Counted from the stretch's first letter, positions 28,642-38,805 are shown. The stretch: DNA of 64,000 bases from Planctomycetota bacterium (GCA_038227875.1 JBBRPR010000026.1:32001-96000); one strand, 5' to 3'. The notes: a model not told the origin generated them from the letters alone. Translations and numbers: made by a program.

Positions 28642-31600
28642 ATGCAGGCGCAGCTTCGAAGACTGATACTCGTATTCTGCGCCGCCCTGCCTGTTTTTGC
28701 CGGAGAGGTCCCGTCGACTCCGCCACCTGCAACCGCTGCCTTTATTTCCGACCTCAAGCAGAAGTTCGAAACGTTTGGCGACTGGTCGTTGACGCAGAAT
28801 CGCAAGACCGATTCGCGATCGCTCAGTTGCGAGGGCGCGAATGTGTGGGACCTGCGCTCTTTTCGCACGCTCACCATTCGCGCCGCCTGCCGCAGTACTG
28901 AAGCGGTGCTGATCCATCTGCGCTGGCGCATCACCAGCAAAGCGGGCGGTCTGTACGAAGTGGATCGGCCCGTGGCGCTCAGCGCACTGGCGCCCGTGGA
29001 CGTCCAGCTTCCGCTCACGCCGGAAGCCGGGACGCTCATTCCCGTCGGCCATCAACGCCCCTGGGACGACCTGGCGGCCGCGGAAGTCACCGCGCTGGAA
29101 TTGCAGGCCGAATGGCGCGCGCCGTACGTGGTTGAAACGGCGCCGATCACGCTGAGCCAGCTTGCGCTCGAATCCCGCGAAACCGCGCCGATAACGCCAA
29201 AACTCCTGGACCTTGAACTCTCCGCCGTCGGAAAGAATTCGCGCGCGAAAGCGGTGTTGAGCTTCCGCATCGAGCCGCCGCCGGCCGATCCGTTCGCGGT
29301 GGAGGGTGCCGGCGACGTCCGCGTGATCCAGCCCGACGGCACGGAAGTGCTGGCGTGGCTCGACCAGAAAGATACCGGCGTCAACGACGGCAGCGCGGAA
29401 CGGAGCATCGCCGTGGGACATTCGGTCTGGCGTGCGTTCGTGAATTCCGGCGACGCCGGCGCGCGCTTCCAAATCCGCAGCGGTTCGCGCACGTGGTCGG
29501 TGCGCGGATTGCCATTGATGCCGGCCGCGGAGCTCTCACCGGAAACGCATTATCGATGGCAACCGGAGTTGCGTATCGACGGTCCGGAATTTCCGGGCGC
29601 GCTGTCCGCGTTTCCGCCGGCGCGCGTGCTCGATGGCCATGGCGTGTGGTTGGCGGCGCCGGAATTGGCGAAGGGCGCAAAGCACTGGCGGCCGGTGCCA
29701 TTCTGGAATGCCGCATGGAATCGCTTCGACGGCTTTCGCGCGGTGAACTTCGCCGATGCTCAGCGGCTGGACGCGGAACTCGACGCACTGGCCAACGAGA
29801 AAACCGCACTACCGCTCGACATTCTTCCCGGTGAAACGCTGGGCGTCTCGGGACCGTTCAACTGGCATTCCCATCTCCTGCGTGAACAACTGGCGACGCG
29901 CGGCGCCGTCTGCACGGATGCGGCGGCGTTAGCGTTTTATCAACGCTGGATGCGCTACTGCATCGCGCGCTACGGCGCGTCGCGCGCGGTACGGAATTTT
30001 GCGATTACCACGGCGCTCAATGCGCCGGAGGTTGCGGCCTTTCACGTCAAGCTCGCGGAGTGGCTCAGCACGCTGCCGCACGATCCGGACGTGCCGATCG
30101 TCAGCACCGATCCGCTCGCCGTGCCTTTTGAAGAGACCGGTGCCGTCGAGAATTTCGAGAAAACGTCCGCGTCGCCGCTGGTCCGTTGGCATGCCGACCT
30201 GCGCGTTCAGCGCGCATCGGTCGCGCTGCTTCCGGCTGGAAAGAGCGGGGAACCGGCCAGCCTGGAAATTAAAGCATACGATCCCGCCGCGACTGCGCTG
30301 GCCGTGGCGGGCACCTACCAATTCGGAGCGCCGCGCGTGGTTGCAGAGAGCGACGGCCTGACATTCGATCTCTTCGTGCCCCAGGATGCGCCGCCGGATC
30401 TCCGTGCCGGCGTACATTTGTGTACGCTGAGCGGCGATTGGTTCGACGCGGTCTTTTCAGAACTGCTGCGGCCCGGCGAATGGAACCGTTTCGTTCTGGA
30501 CCTCACCGCACAGAACCGCAACGCGCTCCATTGTGTGACCGGCGCCGAAAACTGGTCGGAGGCGAATCACGCGCGGCTCAGCGAACTGGGTATTCATTGC
30601 TTCAGCACGCACCCGTCGTTCACGGCGCGCGGCAAGGTTCAAGTGCTGACGCTGCGCGTCGGTCCGATTCGGGGCATCCGCTTCCGCCCTACTGCTGGAG
30701 CCAGCGACGACATCGCGCTCTCGGCCAATGCGGCGCGCACCTGGCCGCCGGAAACGCTGCAGGCGCTGAGCAACTTCGATGCGCGCGACATGGAATTGCT
30801 CAATCCATGGCAGGCCGACGGGCGGCTGGGCAAAGCGTCCGGCGCGTCGCTCTACCGCGCCGGCCCGGATAACAAAACGTGCTTCGAAGTCCGCGCGACG
30901 GATGCCAAGACGCTGGCGATCGGCGCGGTCGGCCGCTACCTCTTCGGCACGGCCGGTGATTTCTCGAATGCTGACACGCTGGTCTACGATCTCTGGATTC
31001 CTGCCAACGCGCCGCCGGACCTCCGCACCGGAATTCACTTTGTCGACCAGGATGGGCGTTGGGTCGAGACGGTGTTGCAGGCCCCGCCGATGCCCGGTGA
31101 GTGGACCACCTTTGCCGTCGACCTCACTTCAGCGAACGTGCAGCGAATACACGCCTTTCCGGCCGACGAGCAGTGGAAGCCTGGCGCGGTGAAGCGGTTT
31201 TTCGAGGTGGGCGTACATCTATTCAGCACGCATCCCAACTGGATCCCGCGCAACGAGGGCGCGCCGTTGCCGTTGTCGCTGCGTGTGGCCAACATCCGTG
31301 CCGTGCGCGCGCTGCCGCACACCGTCATTGCGCCACAGGTCGCGGAGACCGCTCCGCGCGGCGCGCCGACGCGGGTCGCGTCGCTTTCCGACACCAAACC
31401 CGCTGTCTACGCGTGGTTCGCCGACGAACGGACCGGTTCGCCGTGCAATGGGCAGATCACGGTTAACGAAGGGTTCACGATTTTCACGCTGACGGCGACG
31501 CAGGTAAATCCCAAGTCGCTGTGCCTGACCGCGAAAGATTCCGGCCGCGCCGCGCATTGGGATCAGCCGGCCAACGACAATCTGTTTTCCGCTGATGCGC

Positions 31601-33828
31601 TGGTCTTCCAAGTCTGGTGCCCGGCAGAGCAGCCGCCCGGCCGTGTCGGCGTGCACTTCCGCGACCGCAATGGGCTCTGGTTTGAAACGCTGCTGCCCGG
31701 AACACTCATTCCCAATGAGTGGACGACGTATGGCGTCGACCTCACGGGATCGAACGTCCATCAACTGAAGGCTGTCGGACACGTTGCGCCCTGGACCGAC
31801 TACAGCCGGCAGCGCGTCGGCGAACTCGGCATCCACATCTTCCCGCCGCCGAATTCCGGACCGCCGTCGAAATTCGCCTTCGAGACCCGCGTTCGCGATG
31901 TTCACACCGTCGCGTTCGAAAGCATTCAGCCGCGTAAGAGCACGACTATTACGCTATTTGATCCGGAGGCGCAGAAGGAACTCCCGCCAGGCGGCGCCGC
32001 CGCGAAGCTCACGCGAGGTGACTTGTGGGAATGCCACGCTTTGATCAACCGGACTTTCGAGAATCCGTTCGATCCGCGCGACTGCGATCTCACCGCGCTG
32101 GTCACGACGCCCTCAGGAAAAGAGGTGCGCGTCCCGGCGTTCTTCAATCAGCTCTGCCGCCGCCACGAATCGAAACCCGGCGGCGATGAAATCGTCGAAC
32201 CTTTCGGCCCGGAATTTTTCACCGTTCGCTTTCGCGCCACGGAGGCAGGACCGCACCGCGTCTGCATCGAACTTCACGACGGCGGAAAGTACGAGATCAG
32301 TTCCGAAGGCCATAACCGCGTGCACTTCACGCCGGGCCCCGTGGCGGCGCGATTGGACCTGGCCAACCCCGCGTTTGTCGTCGGAGAACGCCCGGCCGGG
32401 CAAGCGGCGTTTCACGGCTTCATGCGCTGCGCGGCCGACAAGCGGCATTTTGAATTTGAAGACGGTACGTTTTTTTATCCGATTGGGCCGTGCCTGCGCA
32501 GTCCCAGCGACACGCGCGTGCCGTACATCGATCATGCGAAGTGGAACGGCAACGAAATCGCGCGCATCGGCCGGCGCGGCACGTACCAGTACGATGATTA
32601 CATGGCCGAAGCCGCGAAGAACGGCGTTTCGTGGGCGCGCGTGTGGATGTGTTCGTGGTGGGGCGGCCTGGAATGGCGGCGCGACTGGCCCGGCTTCCAG
32701 GGACTCGGCCGCTACAATCTGCTCAACGCCTGGCGCATCGATCACGTGCTGGATCTGGCGGAAAAGTATGGCATCGAAATCAATCTGTGCCTCACCAACC
32801 ACGGCCAGTTTGCGCCCAACGTCGATTCCGAGTGGGGCAACAATCCCTACGGCTCGAGCTTTGGTGGACCGCTGCAAGCGCCGCGCGAATTCTTCACGCG
32901 GCCGGAGGCGAAAATTCTCCACGAGAACAAGCTGCGCTACGTCGTCGCGCGCTACGGCCATTCGCCGGCGGTGATGGCCTGGGCGCTCTTCAGCGAGTGC
33001 GAATTCACGCAGGAATATGGCGAGCATGAAAACAATTCACCCAACGTCTGCGACTGGCACGCGGAGATGGCGAATTTTTTGAAGGACCTGGATCCGAACA
33101 AGCATCTGGTGACCTCGCATTTCAGTCATCCACACCACGGCATTGATGTACTGGCGATTCCTGAAATGGATTTCGCGACCAGCAACGCCTACTCCGCGTT
33201 TGGCGAATTGACCGGTCGCTTCGACGCCGCCGAAGCGCTGGCGTCGTACTGGGGCGGACGCGGCGGATTCAAAGGCTTCATCGCGTACAACAAACCCGCA
33301 CTGGTGGAAGAACAGGGCCGGCACTTCATGGGCGGAAACGCGAACACGAAGGAGAATCTCAACGCCGATCTGCACGCCGGCATCTGGGGCTCGCTGGTCC
33401 AGCCGCTTTCGGGCGCGACCGGGTATTGGTGGTGGCTGCACCTTCATTTCGACCAGAAATGGAAAGCGTACAAGCCGTTCGCCGATTTCATGAAGGGCGA
33501 AGACCTGCGCCCCGCGCCGGGCGAGAAGGTACTCGAGCCCGCGGAACTGACCGTCTCAAACGCGCAGCTTCACGCGCGTGCACTGCGCTCCGCCGACCGG
33601 CTGTATGTCTGGGTCTACCACAACAACATGCCGATCAACGGCGAGACCAATCCCGTCGCCGGCGCGACCGTGCAGATCACGGATTTGAGGCCGGGCAATT
33701 ACCACGTTCAGTTCTGGAATACGTACAGCGGCGAGATCATCAAAAATCAGCAGATCACGGTTTCTGGAAGCTACACCCTGGCGTTGCCGGTGGTGGACCG
33801 AGACCTGGCGATCAAGATTTTGCCGTGA
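28642..33828 (+). CDS. Large secreted glycoside hydrolase-like protein (DUF5060 plus clan GH-A-type barrel) with repeated CBM-like modules
   Basis: ENPFDP..LTALVTTPSG, FEDGTFFYPIG, RYVVARYGHSPAVMAWALFSE, KPALVEE; three clear internal repeats. Confidence 0.8.
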   Translation: MQAQLRRLILVFCAALPVFAGEVPSTPPPATAAFISDLKQKFETFGDWSLTQNRKTDSRSLSCEGANVWDLRSFRTLTIRAACRSTEAVLIHLRWRITSKAGGLYEVDRPVALSALAPVDVQLPLTPEAGTLIPVGHQRPWDDLAAAEVTALELQAEWRAPYVVETAPITLSQLALESRETAPITPKLLDLELSAVGKNSRAKAVLSFRIEPPPADPFAVEGAGDVRVIQPDGTEVLAWLDQKDTGVNDGSAERSIAVGHSVWRAFVNSGDAGARFQIRSGSRTWSVRGLPLMPAAELSPETHYRWQPELRIDGPEFPGALSAFPPARVLDGHGVWLAAPELAKGAKHWRPVPFWNAAWNRFDGFRAVNFADAQRLDAELDALANEKTALPLDILPGETLGVSGPFNWHSHLLREQLATRGAVCTDAAALAFYQRWMRYCIARYGASRAVRNFAITTALNAPEVAAFHVKLAEWLSTLPHDPDVPIVSTDPLAVPFEETGAVENFEKTSASPLVRWHADLRVQRASVALLPAGKSGEPASLEIKAYDPAATALAVAGTYQFGAPRVVAESDGLTFDLFVPQDAPPDLRAGVHLCTLSGDWFDAVFSELLRPGEWNRFVLDLTAQNRNALHCVTGAENWSEANHARLSELGIHCFSTHPSFTARGKVQVLTLRVGPIRGIRFRPTAGASDDIALSANAARTWPPETLQALSNFDARDMELLNPWQADGRLGKASGASLYRAGPDNKTCFEVRATDAKTLAIGAVGRYLFGTAGDFSNADTLVYDLWIPANAPPDLRTGIHFVDQDGRWVETVLQAPPMPGEWTTFAVDLTSANVQRIHAFPADEQWKPGAVKRFFEVGVHLFSTHPNWIPRNEGAPLPLSLRVANIRAVRALPHTVIAPQVAETAPRGAPTRVASLSDTKPAVYAWFADERTGSPCNGQITVNEGFTIFTLTATQVNPKSLCLTAKDSGRAAHWDQPANDNLFSADALVFQVWCPAEQPPGRVGVHFRDRNGLWFETLLPGTLIPNEWTTYGVDLTGSNVHQLKAVGHVAPWTDYSRQRVGELGIHIFPPPNSGPPSKFAFETRVRDVHTVAFESIQPRKSTTITLFDPEAQKELPPGGAAAKLTRGDLWECHALINRTFENPFDPRDCDLTALVTTPSGKEVRVPAFFNQLCRRHESKPGGDEIVEPFGPEFFTVRFRATEAGPHRVCIELHDGGKYEISSEGHNRVHFTPGPVAARLDLANPAFVVGERPAGQAAFHGFMRCAADKRHFEFEDGTFFYPIGPCLRSPSDTRVPYIDHAKWNGNEIARIGRRGTYQYDDYMAEAAKNGVSWARVWMCSWWGGLEWRRDWPGFQGLGRYNLLNAWRIDHVLDLAEKYGIEINLCLTNHGQFAPNVDSEWGNNPYGSSFGGPLQAPREFFTRPEAKILHENKLRYVVARYGHSPAVMAWALFSECEFTQEYGEHENNSPNVCDWHAEMANFLKDLDPNKHLVTSHFSHPHHGIDVLAIPEMDFATSNAYSAFGELTGRFDAAEALASYWGGRGGFKGFIAYNKPALVEEQGRHFMGGNANTKENLNADLHAGIWGSLVQPLSGATGYWWWLHLHFDQKWKAYKPFADFMKGEDLRPAPGEKVLEPAELTVSNAQLHARALRSADRLYVWVYHNNMPINGETNPVAGATVQITDLRPGNYHVQFWNTYSGEIIKNQQITVSGSYTLALPVVDRDLAIKILP

Positions 33829-33890
33829 CCTGTGTAGCCATGGCTACACAGGTCAATTTGACATACCTTGTTGACCATGGTCGACAAGGT
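33826..33890. promoter_or_regulatory. Twin palindromes ACCT-N6-CCATGG-N6-AGGT (candidate operators) overlapping a possible sigma70 promoter
   Basis: 30-bp perfect palindrome 33826-33855; 26-bp near-perfect palindrome 33865-33890; TCGACA-17nt-TACGAT at 33881-33909. Confidence 0.5.
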
Positions 33891-33941
33891 GGGACGCCCG
33901 CGATACGATGATCGCACTTCATCCCACCGCGGAGTGCGACC

Positions 33942-34766
33942 ATGAAATACGCCATCTGCAATGAATTGTTCGAGGGCTGGACGCCGGAGAAGGTCTTCGA
34001 TTACGCCGCGAGCATTGGCTACCACGGCATCGAGATCGCGCCGTTTACGCTCGCCGACGACGCGCGCCAGATTTCCACGGCGCGGCGGGCGGAATTGAAA
34101 GCGGCAGCGCGCAAGGCGGGGATCGAGATCATCGGGCTGCACTGGCTGCTGGTGAAGCCCGCGGGCCTGCACCTCAATGGCCCCGACGCGGCAGTGCGCA
34201 AAAAAACGGAAGAATACGTCGAAGCGCTGATCGAACTATGCGCGGACCTCGGCGGCACGATCATGGTGTTCGGCAGCCCCAAGCAGCGCACTGTGGCGCC
34301 GACGGAAACGTTCTCGGACGCGTTCAAGCGCAGCGTCGAGATTTTCTCGCGGCTGGCGGAGAAAGCGGCGGCGAAAAAAATCGTGATCGCGTTCGAACCG
34401 CTCGCGCCGAAGGACAATTGTAATTTCATCAACACGATGGCCGAAGGCTCGCTGCTGGTCGAAGCGGTGAATTCGCCGGGTTTCAAACTGCATCTCGATG
34501 TTAAAGCGATGAACGGCGCGGAGAACCGCCCCGTCGCCGAAACCATCCGGCTGGAGGGCGGCAAGCATCTCGCGCATTTCCACGCCAACGATCCGAACCT
34601 GCGCGGGCCCGGCATGGGCGAGATGGCGTACGAACCGATCGCCGAGGCGCTGACGGACATTCAGTACACCGGCTACGTCTCCGTCGAAGTCTTCGATTTC
34701 ACACCCGGCCCGGAACGGACGGCTGTCGTCAGTCTCAAAACCCTGAAGCGAGCATTCGAAGAATAG
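33942..34766 (+). CDS. Sugar phosphate isomerase/epimerase (D-psicose/D-tagatose 3-epimerase-like TIM barrel)
   Basis: GIEIAPF, FEPL, HLDVK, HFHAND, VSVEVF metal ligands. Confidence 0.9.
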   Translation: MKYAICNELFEGWTPEKVFDYAASIGYHGIEIAPFTLADDARQISTARRAELKAAARKAGIEIIGLHWLLVKPAGLHLNGPDAAVRKKTEEYVEALIELCADLGGTIMVFGSPKQRTVAPTETFSDAFKRSVEIFSRLAEKAAAKKIVIAFEPLAPKDNCNFINTMAEGSLLVEAVNSPGFKLHLDVKAMNGAENRPVAETIRLEGGKHLAHFHANDPNLRGPGMGEMAYEPIAEALTDIQYTGYVSVEVFDFTPGPERTAVVSLKTLKRAFEE

Positions 34767-34780
34767 AGGAGCAATCGTTC

Positions 34781-35947
34781 ATGGCTCAAACTCTGTCGCT
34801 GGTTCTCAACGCCGGGCGCCACGCGCGCTACGATGCGCCAATCGTCACCGATCTTGGTGCATCGCTGGCGGGACACACGTACGCGAAGCTCACCGAGAAG
34901 GACACCGGCCGCGCGATTCCCTGCCAGATTGACGGCACGAAACTGGTTTTTCTGCTTCCTGGAATCGGTGCGCGCGACGAACGCAAACTGCTGCTGGAAC
35001 TCGGCGCCGAAGGTTCGCGCCACGGCGGCGTGAAGCTGACCGATGGCGGCGAGAAGGGCTTAAGCATCGAGGTCAACGGCCGGCCCTTCACCACGTACCG
35101 CTACCTGCCGCAGGGCGAATTTCCGATCAAGGCGCGGCCGTTCTTTTATCCGGTGCTCGGCCCCGGTGGCATCGGTATGACGCGCAATTACCCGATGCGC
35201 TCCGACGTGCCGAACGAAAAGCACGATCATCCGCACCACCGCGGGCTGTGGGTAGCGTTTGGCGACGTCAACGGCACCGACAACTGGTCGGAGGAAAAAG
35301 GCCACGCGTTTCAGACGCATCAGAAGTTCACGGAGCTGGTTAACGGGCCGGTCTTTGGCCGGTTCGTCGAGACGCTCCATTGGGAGAGCAACGACCGCAA
35401 GAAGGTCTGCGAAGAGATCCGCACGTTCACGACGTGGAATCTGCCGCACGACAGCCGGATCATCGATCTCTCCGTTTCATTCGTGGCCAGCGAGGGCGAG
35501 GTCCGTTTCGGCGACACGAAGGAAGGCGGCATCGTCGCCATCCGCGTGCCGACGAGCATGGATGGCGAGCGGACGGGCACAATCGAGAACGCCGCCGGCG
35601 GTGTCGGCGAAGGCGAAACGTGGGGCCGCAGCGCGCATTGGGTCGATTACCACGGCACGGTCGAAGGCCAGCACGTGGGCGTCGCGATTTTCGATCACCC
35701 GCTGAACCTGCGCCACCCCGCGCCTTGGCACGTGCGCGATTACGGGTTGTTTGGCGCCAATCCGTTTGCGCACAGCTACTACAAAGCCTCGCTGCTGCAG
35801 AACGGTGGATATTTTGTGCCAAAGGGCGAGTCACTGACGTTCAAGTACCGCGTCTACCTGCATCGCGGCGACACGCGGCGCGGCGACGTGAGCGCGAAGT
35901 GGAGCGACTATGCGTTTCCGGCGGGGGTGAAGGAAGTGAAGGAGTAG
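34781..35947 (+). CDS. 'PmoA-like' family protein (DUF6807-type), probably carbohydrate-related
   Basis: RPFFYPV, DHPHHRGLW, DTKEGG, WHVRDYGLFGANPF. Confidence 0.8.
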   Translation: MAQTLSLVLNAGRHARYDAPIVTDLGASLAGHTYAKLTEKDTGRAIPCQIDGTKLVFLLPGIGARDERKLLLELGAEGSRHGGVKLTDGGEKGLSIEVNGRPFTTYRYLPQGEFPIKARPFFYPVLGPGGIGMTRNYPMRSDVPNEKHDHPHHRGLWVAFGDVNGTDNWSEEKGHAFQTHQKFTELVNGPVFGRFVETLHWESNDRKKVCEEIRTFTTWNLPHDSRIIDLSVSFVASEGEVRFGDTKEGGIVAIRVPTSMDGERTGTIENAAGGVGEGETWGRSAHWVDYHGTVEGQHVGVAIFDHPLNLRHPAPWHVRDYGLFGANPFAHSYYKASLLQNGGYFVPKGESLTFKYRVYLHRGDTRRGDVSAKWSDYAFPAGVKEVKE

Positions 35948-35950
35948 CGG

Positions 35951-36568
35951 CTACTCTTTCTCGCCCCAGCGCGGTCCCAGATCGTGTTCGACCTTTAAGT
36001 GGTCCAGCACGCGCGCGACCACGAAGTCGACCATGTCGGCGACGCTCTGCGGCTTGCCGTAAAATCCCGGCGCGGCGGGGAGCACGGTAACGCCGAGCTT
36101 CGCCAACGTTAGCAGGTTCTCGAGATGGATCGCGGAAAGCGGCGTTTCGCGCGGGACGATCACCAGCGGGCGGCGCTCCTTGATCATCACATCGGCGGCG
36201 CGCTGGATCAGGTCGTCGCTGATGCCGTGCGCGATCGCGCCGACGCAGCCCATCGAACACGGCACGATCGCCAGCGCTTCCAGACGGAAACTGCCCGAGG
36301 CCAGCGGCGCGGCGACGTTGTCGCACGCATGAAAGGTGAATTTCTTGTCGTGCGGAATTCCCAGCGCGTCGGGATTGAAATTGGCCAGGTCGACGTTGAC
36401 GCCGTGCTCGAGCTTCAGGACCTTCTGCGCGCTGGGCGAGATCGTGAGATGAACTTCCAGGCCGTCGGCTTTCAGCAGTTCTTCGAGCACGCGCAGGCCG
36501 TACACCGCGCCACTGGCGCCGGTGATGCACAGGCCGATTCGCTTCCGATGCCATCGCGCTGTTTTCAT
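35951..36568 (-). CDS. ubiX: Flavin prenyltransferase UbiX
   Basis: ITGASGA.YG, ASGS, PCSM, RAADV.IKERR, PRETP, PGFY. Confidence 0.95.
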   Translation of the reverse strand: MKTARWHRKRIGLCITGASGAVYGLRVLEELLKADGLEVHLTISPSAQKVLKLEHGVNVDLANFNPDALGIPHDKKFTFHACDNVAAPLASGSFRLEALAIVPCSMGCVGAIAHGISDDLIQRAADVMIKERRPLVIVPRETPLSAIHLENLLTLAKLGVTVLPAAPGFYGKPQSVADMVDFVVARVLDHLKVEHDLGPRWGEKE

Positions 36569-36571
36569 GAT

Positions 36572-36988
36572 TTAGAATTTCACCTCGATGACCTGCGTGT
36601 ACGTCGCTTCGATCCCATGTTTCGTTTCAATCGCGCGGATCGCGCTCAGGAATTTTTCGTAGAGCGCGTTGCGCTGTTCGTCGTAGGTCGTGTCGCAGAA
36701 GTACATGCGGCAGCCCAGCGCGCGGTGCTCACGGACACCGCAGAGCTTTCCGTTCAGAAACGGGCACGACCCGCTTTCCGCCAGCGCGCGATCGGCCGGC
36801 ACGCCGGCGTTCGCCATCTCGGCGGCTTCCAGCGCGGTGACGTAGAGCCGATGACCGTGCGCCACGAAATTGCAGCAGATGCCGCGGGCGTCGCAGTGGC
36901 GGCGGAACGGTTCCAGTTCCGCCGACAACCGCGCGTACAGTTCGCGCAATTCCGCAAACGCCGTCGCGGGAATCGCGGCAGTAGCCAT
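36572..36988 (-). CDS. YkgJ/UPF0153-like cysteine-cluster (Fe-S or Zn) protein
   Basis: CxxxGxCC, CPFL..KLC.V.EHR..GCR.YFC. Confidence 0.75.
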   Translation of the reverse strand: MATAAIPATAFAELRELYARLSAELEPFRRHCDARGICCNFVAHGHRLYVTALEAAEMANAGVPADRALAESGSCPFLNGKLCGVREHRALGCRMYFCDTTYDEQRNALYEKFLSAIRAIETKHGIEATYTQVIEVKF

Positions 36989-36990
36989 CC

Positions 36991-37890
36991 TTAGTGCGAA
37001 TGACCCTTTGCATTGCCCGCGCCGATCAGCACTTGTTCAGCCTGGTAGCTGGAGCGCACGAACGGTCCGCACGCGGCGGCGCTGAAGCCGATGCTCAGGG
37101 CGTACTCTTCGTAGCGTTTGAAGACGTCGGGATGAACATGCTCGGCGACCGGCAGATGCGTCTTCGACGGCGACAGGTACTGGCCGATCGTCAAAATATC
37201 GCACGCATGCGCGCGCAGATCGCGAATGACCTGGAGCACCTCGTCCTGCGTTTCGCCGAGGCCGACCATCAGTCCGCTCTTGGTGGTGACGCCGGGGTCC
37301 ATGCGCTTGGTCATCTGCAGGACGCTCAAGCTGCGGCGGTAATTGCCTTGCGGGCGCACGGGTGTATGGAGGCGCTCGATGGTCTCGGTGTTGTGATTGA
37401 AGACGTTCGGTTTGGCTTCGACGACCGTGCGGATGCACTCCTCGCGCGCGTGGAAATCAGGGACGAGCACCTCGATCACCAGTTCCGGTCCGCAGAACTG
37501 GCGCACGGTTCGGATTACGCGCGAAAAATGGTCGGCGCCTTCGTCCTTCAAATCGTCGCGCGCGACGCTGGTGATGACGACGTGCTTCAAGCCGAGCTGC
37601 TTGGTGGCCTGTGCCACGCGGGCGGGTTCGTCGGCCAGCGATTCGAGGGACTCGCCGCGACCGGTCTTCACCGCGCAGAAATTACACGAACGCGTGCAGC
37701 TTTCGCCCAGCACCATGAACGTTGCCGCGCCGCGCGACCAGCATTCGCCAAGGTTCGGGCACTCCGCCGACTGGCAGACCGTGTTCAGTTTCAGGTCTTC
37801 CAGAATGCGGTGGGTCCGCGAATCGTACTGCGCCGGCCAGGGTTTTTTCAGCCACGCCGGAAAATCTTTGGCTCGCTTCACGTCGCTCAT
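36991..37890 (-). CDS. lipA: Lipoyl synthase
   Basis: CX4CX5C (CQSAECPNLGEC), CX3CX2C (CTRSCNFC), RSSY. Confidence 0.97.
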   Translation of the reverse strand: MSDVKRAKDFPAWLKKPWPAQYDSRTHRILEDLKLNTVCQSAECPNLGECWSRGAATFMVLGESCTRSCNFCAVKTGRGESLESLADEPARVAQATKQLGLKHVVITSVARDDLKDEGADHFSRVIRTVRQFCGPELVIEVLVPDFHAREECIRTVVEAKPNVFNHNTETIERLHTPVRPQGNYRRSLSVLQMTKRMDPGVTTKSGLMVGLGETQDEVLQVIRDLRAHACDILTIGQYLSPSKTHLPVAEHVHPDVFKRYEEYALSIGFSAAACGPFVRSSYQAEQVLIGAGNAKGHSH

Positions 37891-38114
37891 GGCTAACTTT
37901 TATCGCAAGGCAGCCGATAACTCAAGAAGACGATGAACTTGCATGCTCGCATGACGCAATTCGTCCAGCGCCCGGCAGCTTTGTCCGGCGACTCGTCGCA
38001 ATTTGTCACACTATAATATTGTTGGAAACGACGTTTATTTGTGTTCAGGAAATTGGGAATCACAAATTGAGTAGCGGCGAGCCTTTAAAAAATTTTAATT
38101 AGGCTGTGTAGATA

Positions 38115-38129
38115 TGGGCACGTATTTGC
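38115..38129 (+). promoter_or_regulatory. Possible sigma54 -24/-12 promoter of the pilin gene
   Basis: TGGGCACGTATTTGC fits GG-N10-GC with TTGC; AT-rich tract upstream. Confidence 0.4.
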
Positions 38130-38212
38130 CTCATACCCATTATTCCACTTCTGAGTGGCAAACATTTGGATGGGATGGAGCGTGCCTCCGCCCTACAGTA
38201 AGGAGAACTCGC

Positions 38213-38773
38213 ATGCGTAGTAAGGGGTTTACTCTCATTGAATTGATGATTGTCGTGGCGATCATCGCCATCATCGCGGCTATTGCCATTCCCAGTTTGT
38301 TGCGATCGCGAATGGCGGCGAATGAAACGGCGGCTGCGGCGGCGTGCAAGGCCTTTGCCGAAGCGCAGGAGATCTACCATCGAACGGATTATACCAAGTC
38401 TGCCGTACTGCAGTACTCGCAGCATCTGTCCGGTGTGAATAGCCTGCTGGGCATCAGCGGCGAACTCGCGCTGATCGACAAGACGTTTGCCACCGCGGAA
38501 GGCCCGGCGACGTCGGCCACTCCGAAGGCCGGTTACGTTTTTACGGTGATGACCTCACAGGGCTCGGCCGCCACAGGCGGTGCGCGCAACTATGTCGTCA
38601 ACTCGTTCATGACGCTGGGGTACTCCGTCAACGCCGTGCCGGGCGCGTGGGATAGCACAGGACGCGACCAGTTCATCATCAACAACAACGGCACCATTTT
38701 TCAACAAGACACTGGCAACTCCACCTTGTTGACGCTCTTCAATCCCAACACCAACTGGGTTCCGACGCAGTGA
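38213..38773 (+). CDS. Type IV pilin-like protein (prepilin N-methylation motif) with DUF2950-like C-terminus
   Basis: KG|FTLIELMIVVAIIAIIAAIAIP; AAGGAG RBS; KAGYVF...TGRDQFIINNNGTIFQQD. Confidence 0.9.
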   Translation: MRSKGFTLIELMIVVAIIAIIAAIAIPSLLRSRMAANETAAAAACKAFAEAQEIYHRTDYTKSAVLQYSQHLSGVNSLLGISGELALIDKTFATAEGPATSATPKAGYVFTVMTSQGSAATGGARNYVVNSFMTLGYSVNAVPGAWDSTGRDQFIINNNGTIFQQDTGNSTLLTLFNPNTNWVPTQ

Positions 38774-38805
38774 TCGAACGCTCGCCCAGGAAGATTGAGA
38801 AAATC

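Noticed and set aside
34781..35947. Particulate methane monooxygenase subunit
   Set aside because: Soluble protein of the misleadingly named 'PmoA-like' family; no TM helices and no pmoB or pmoC.
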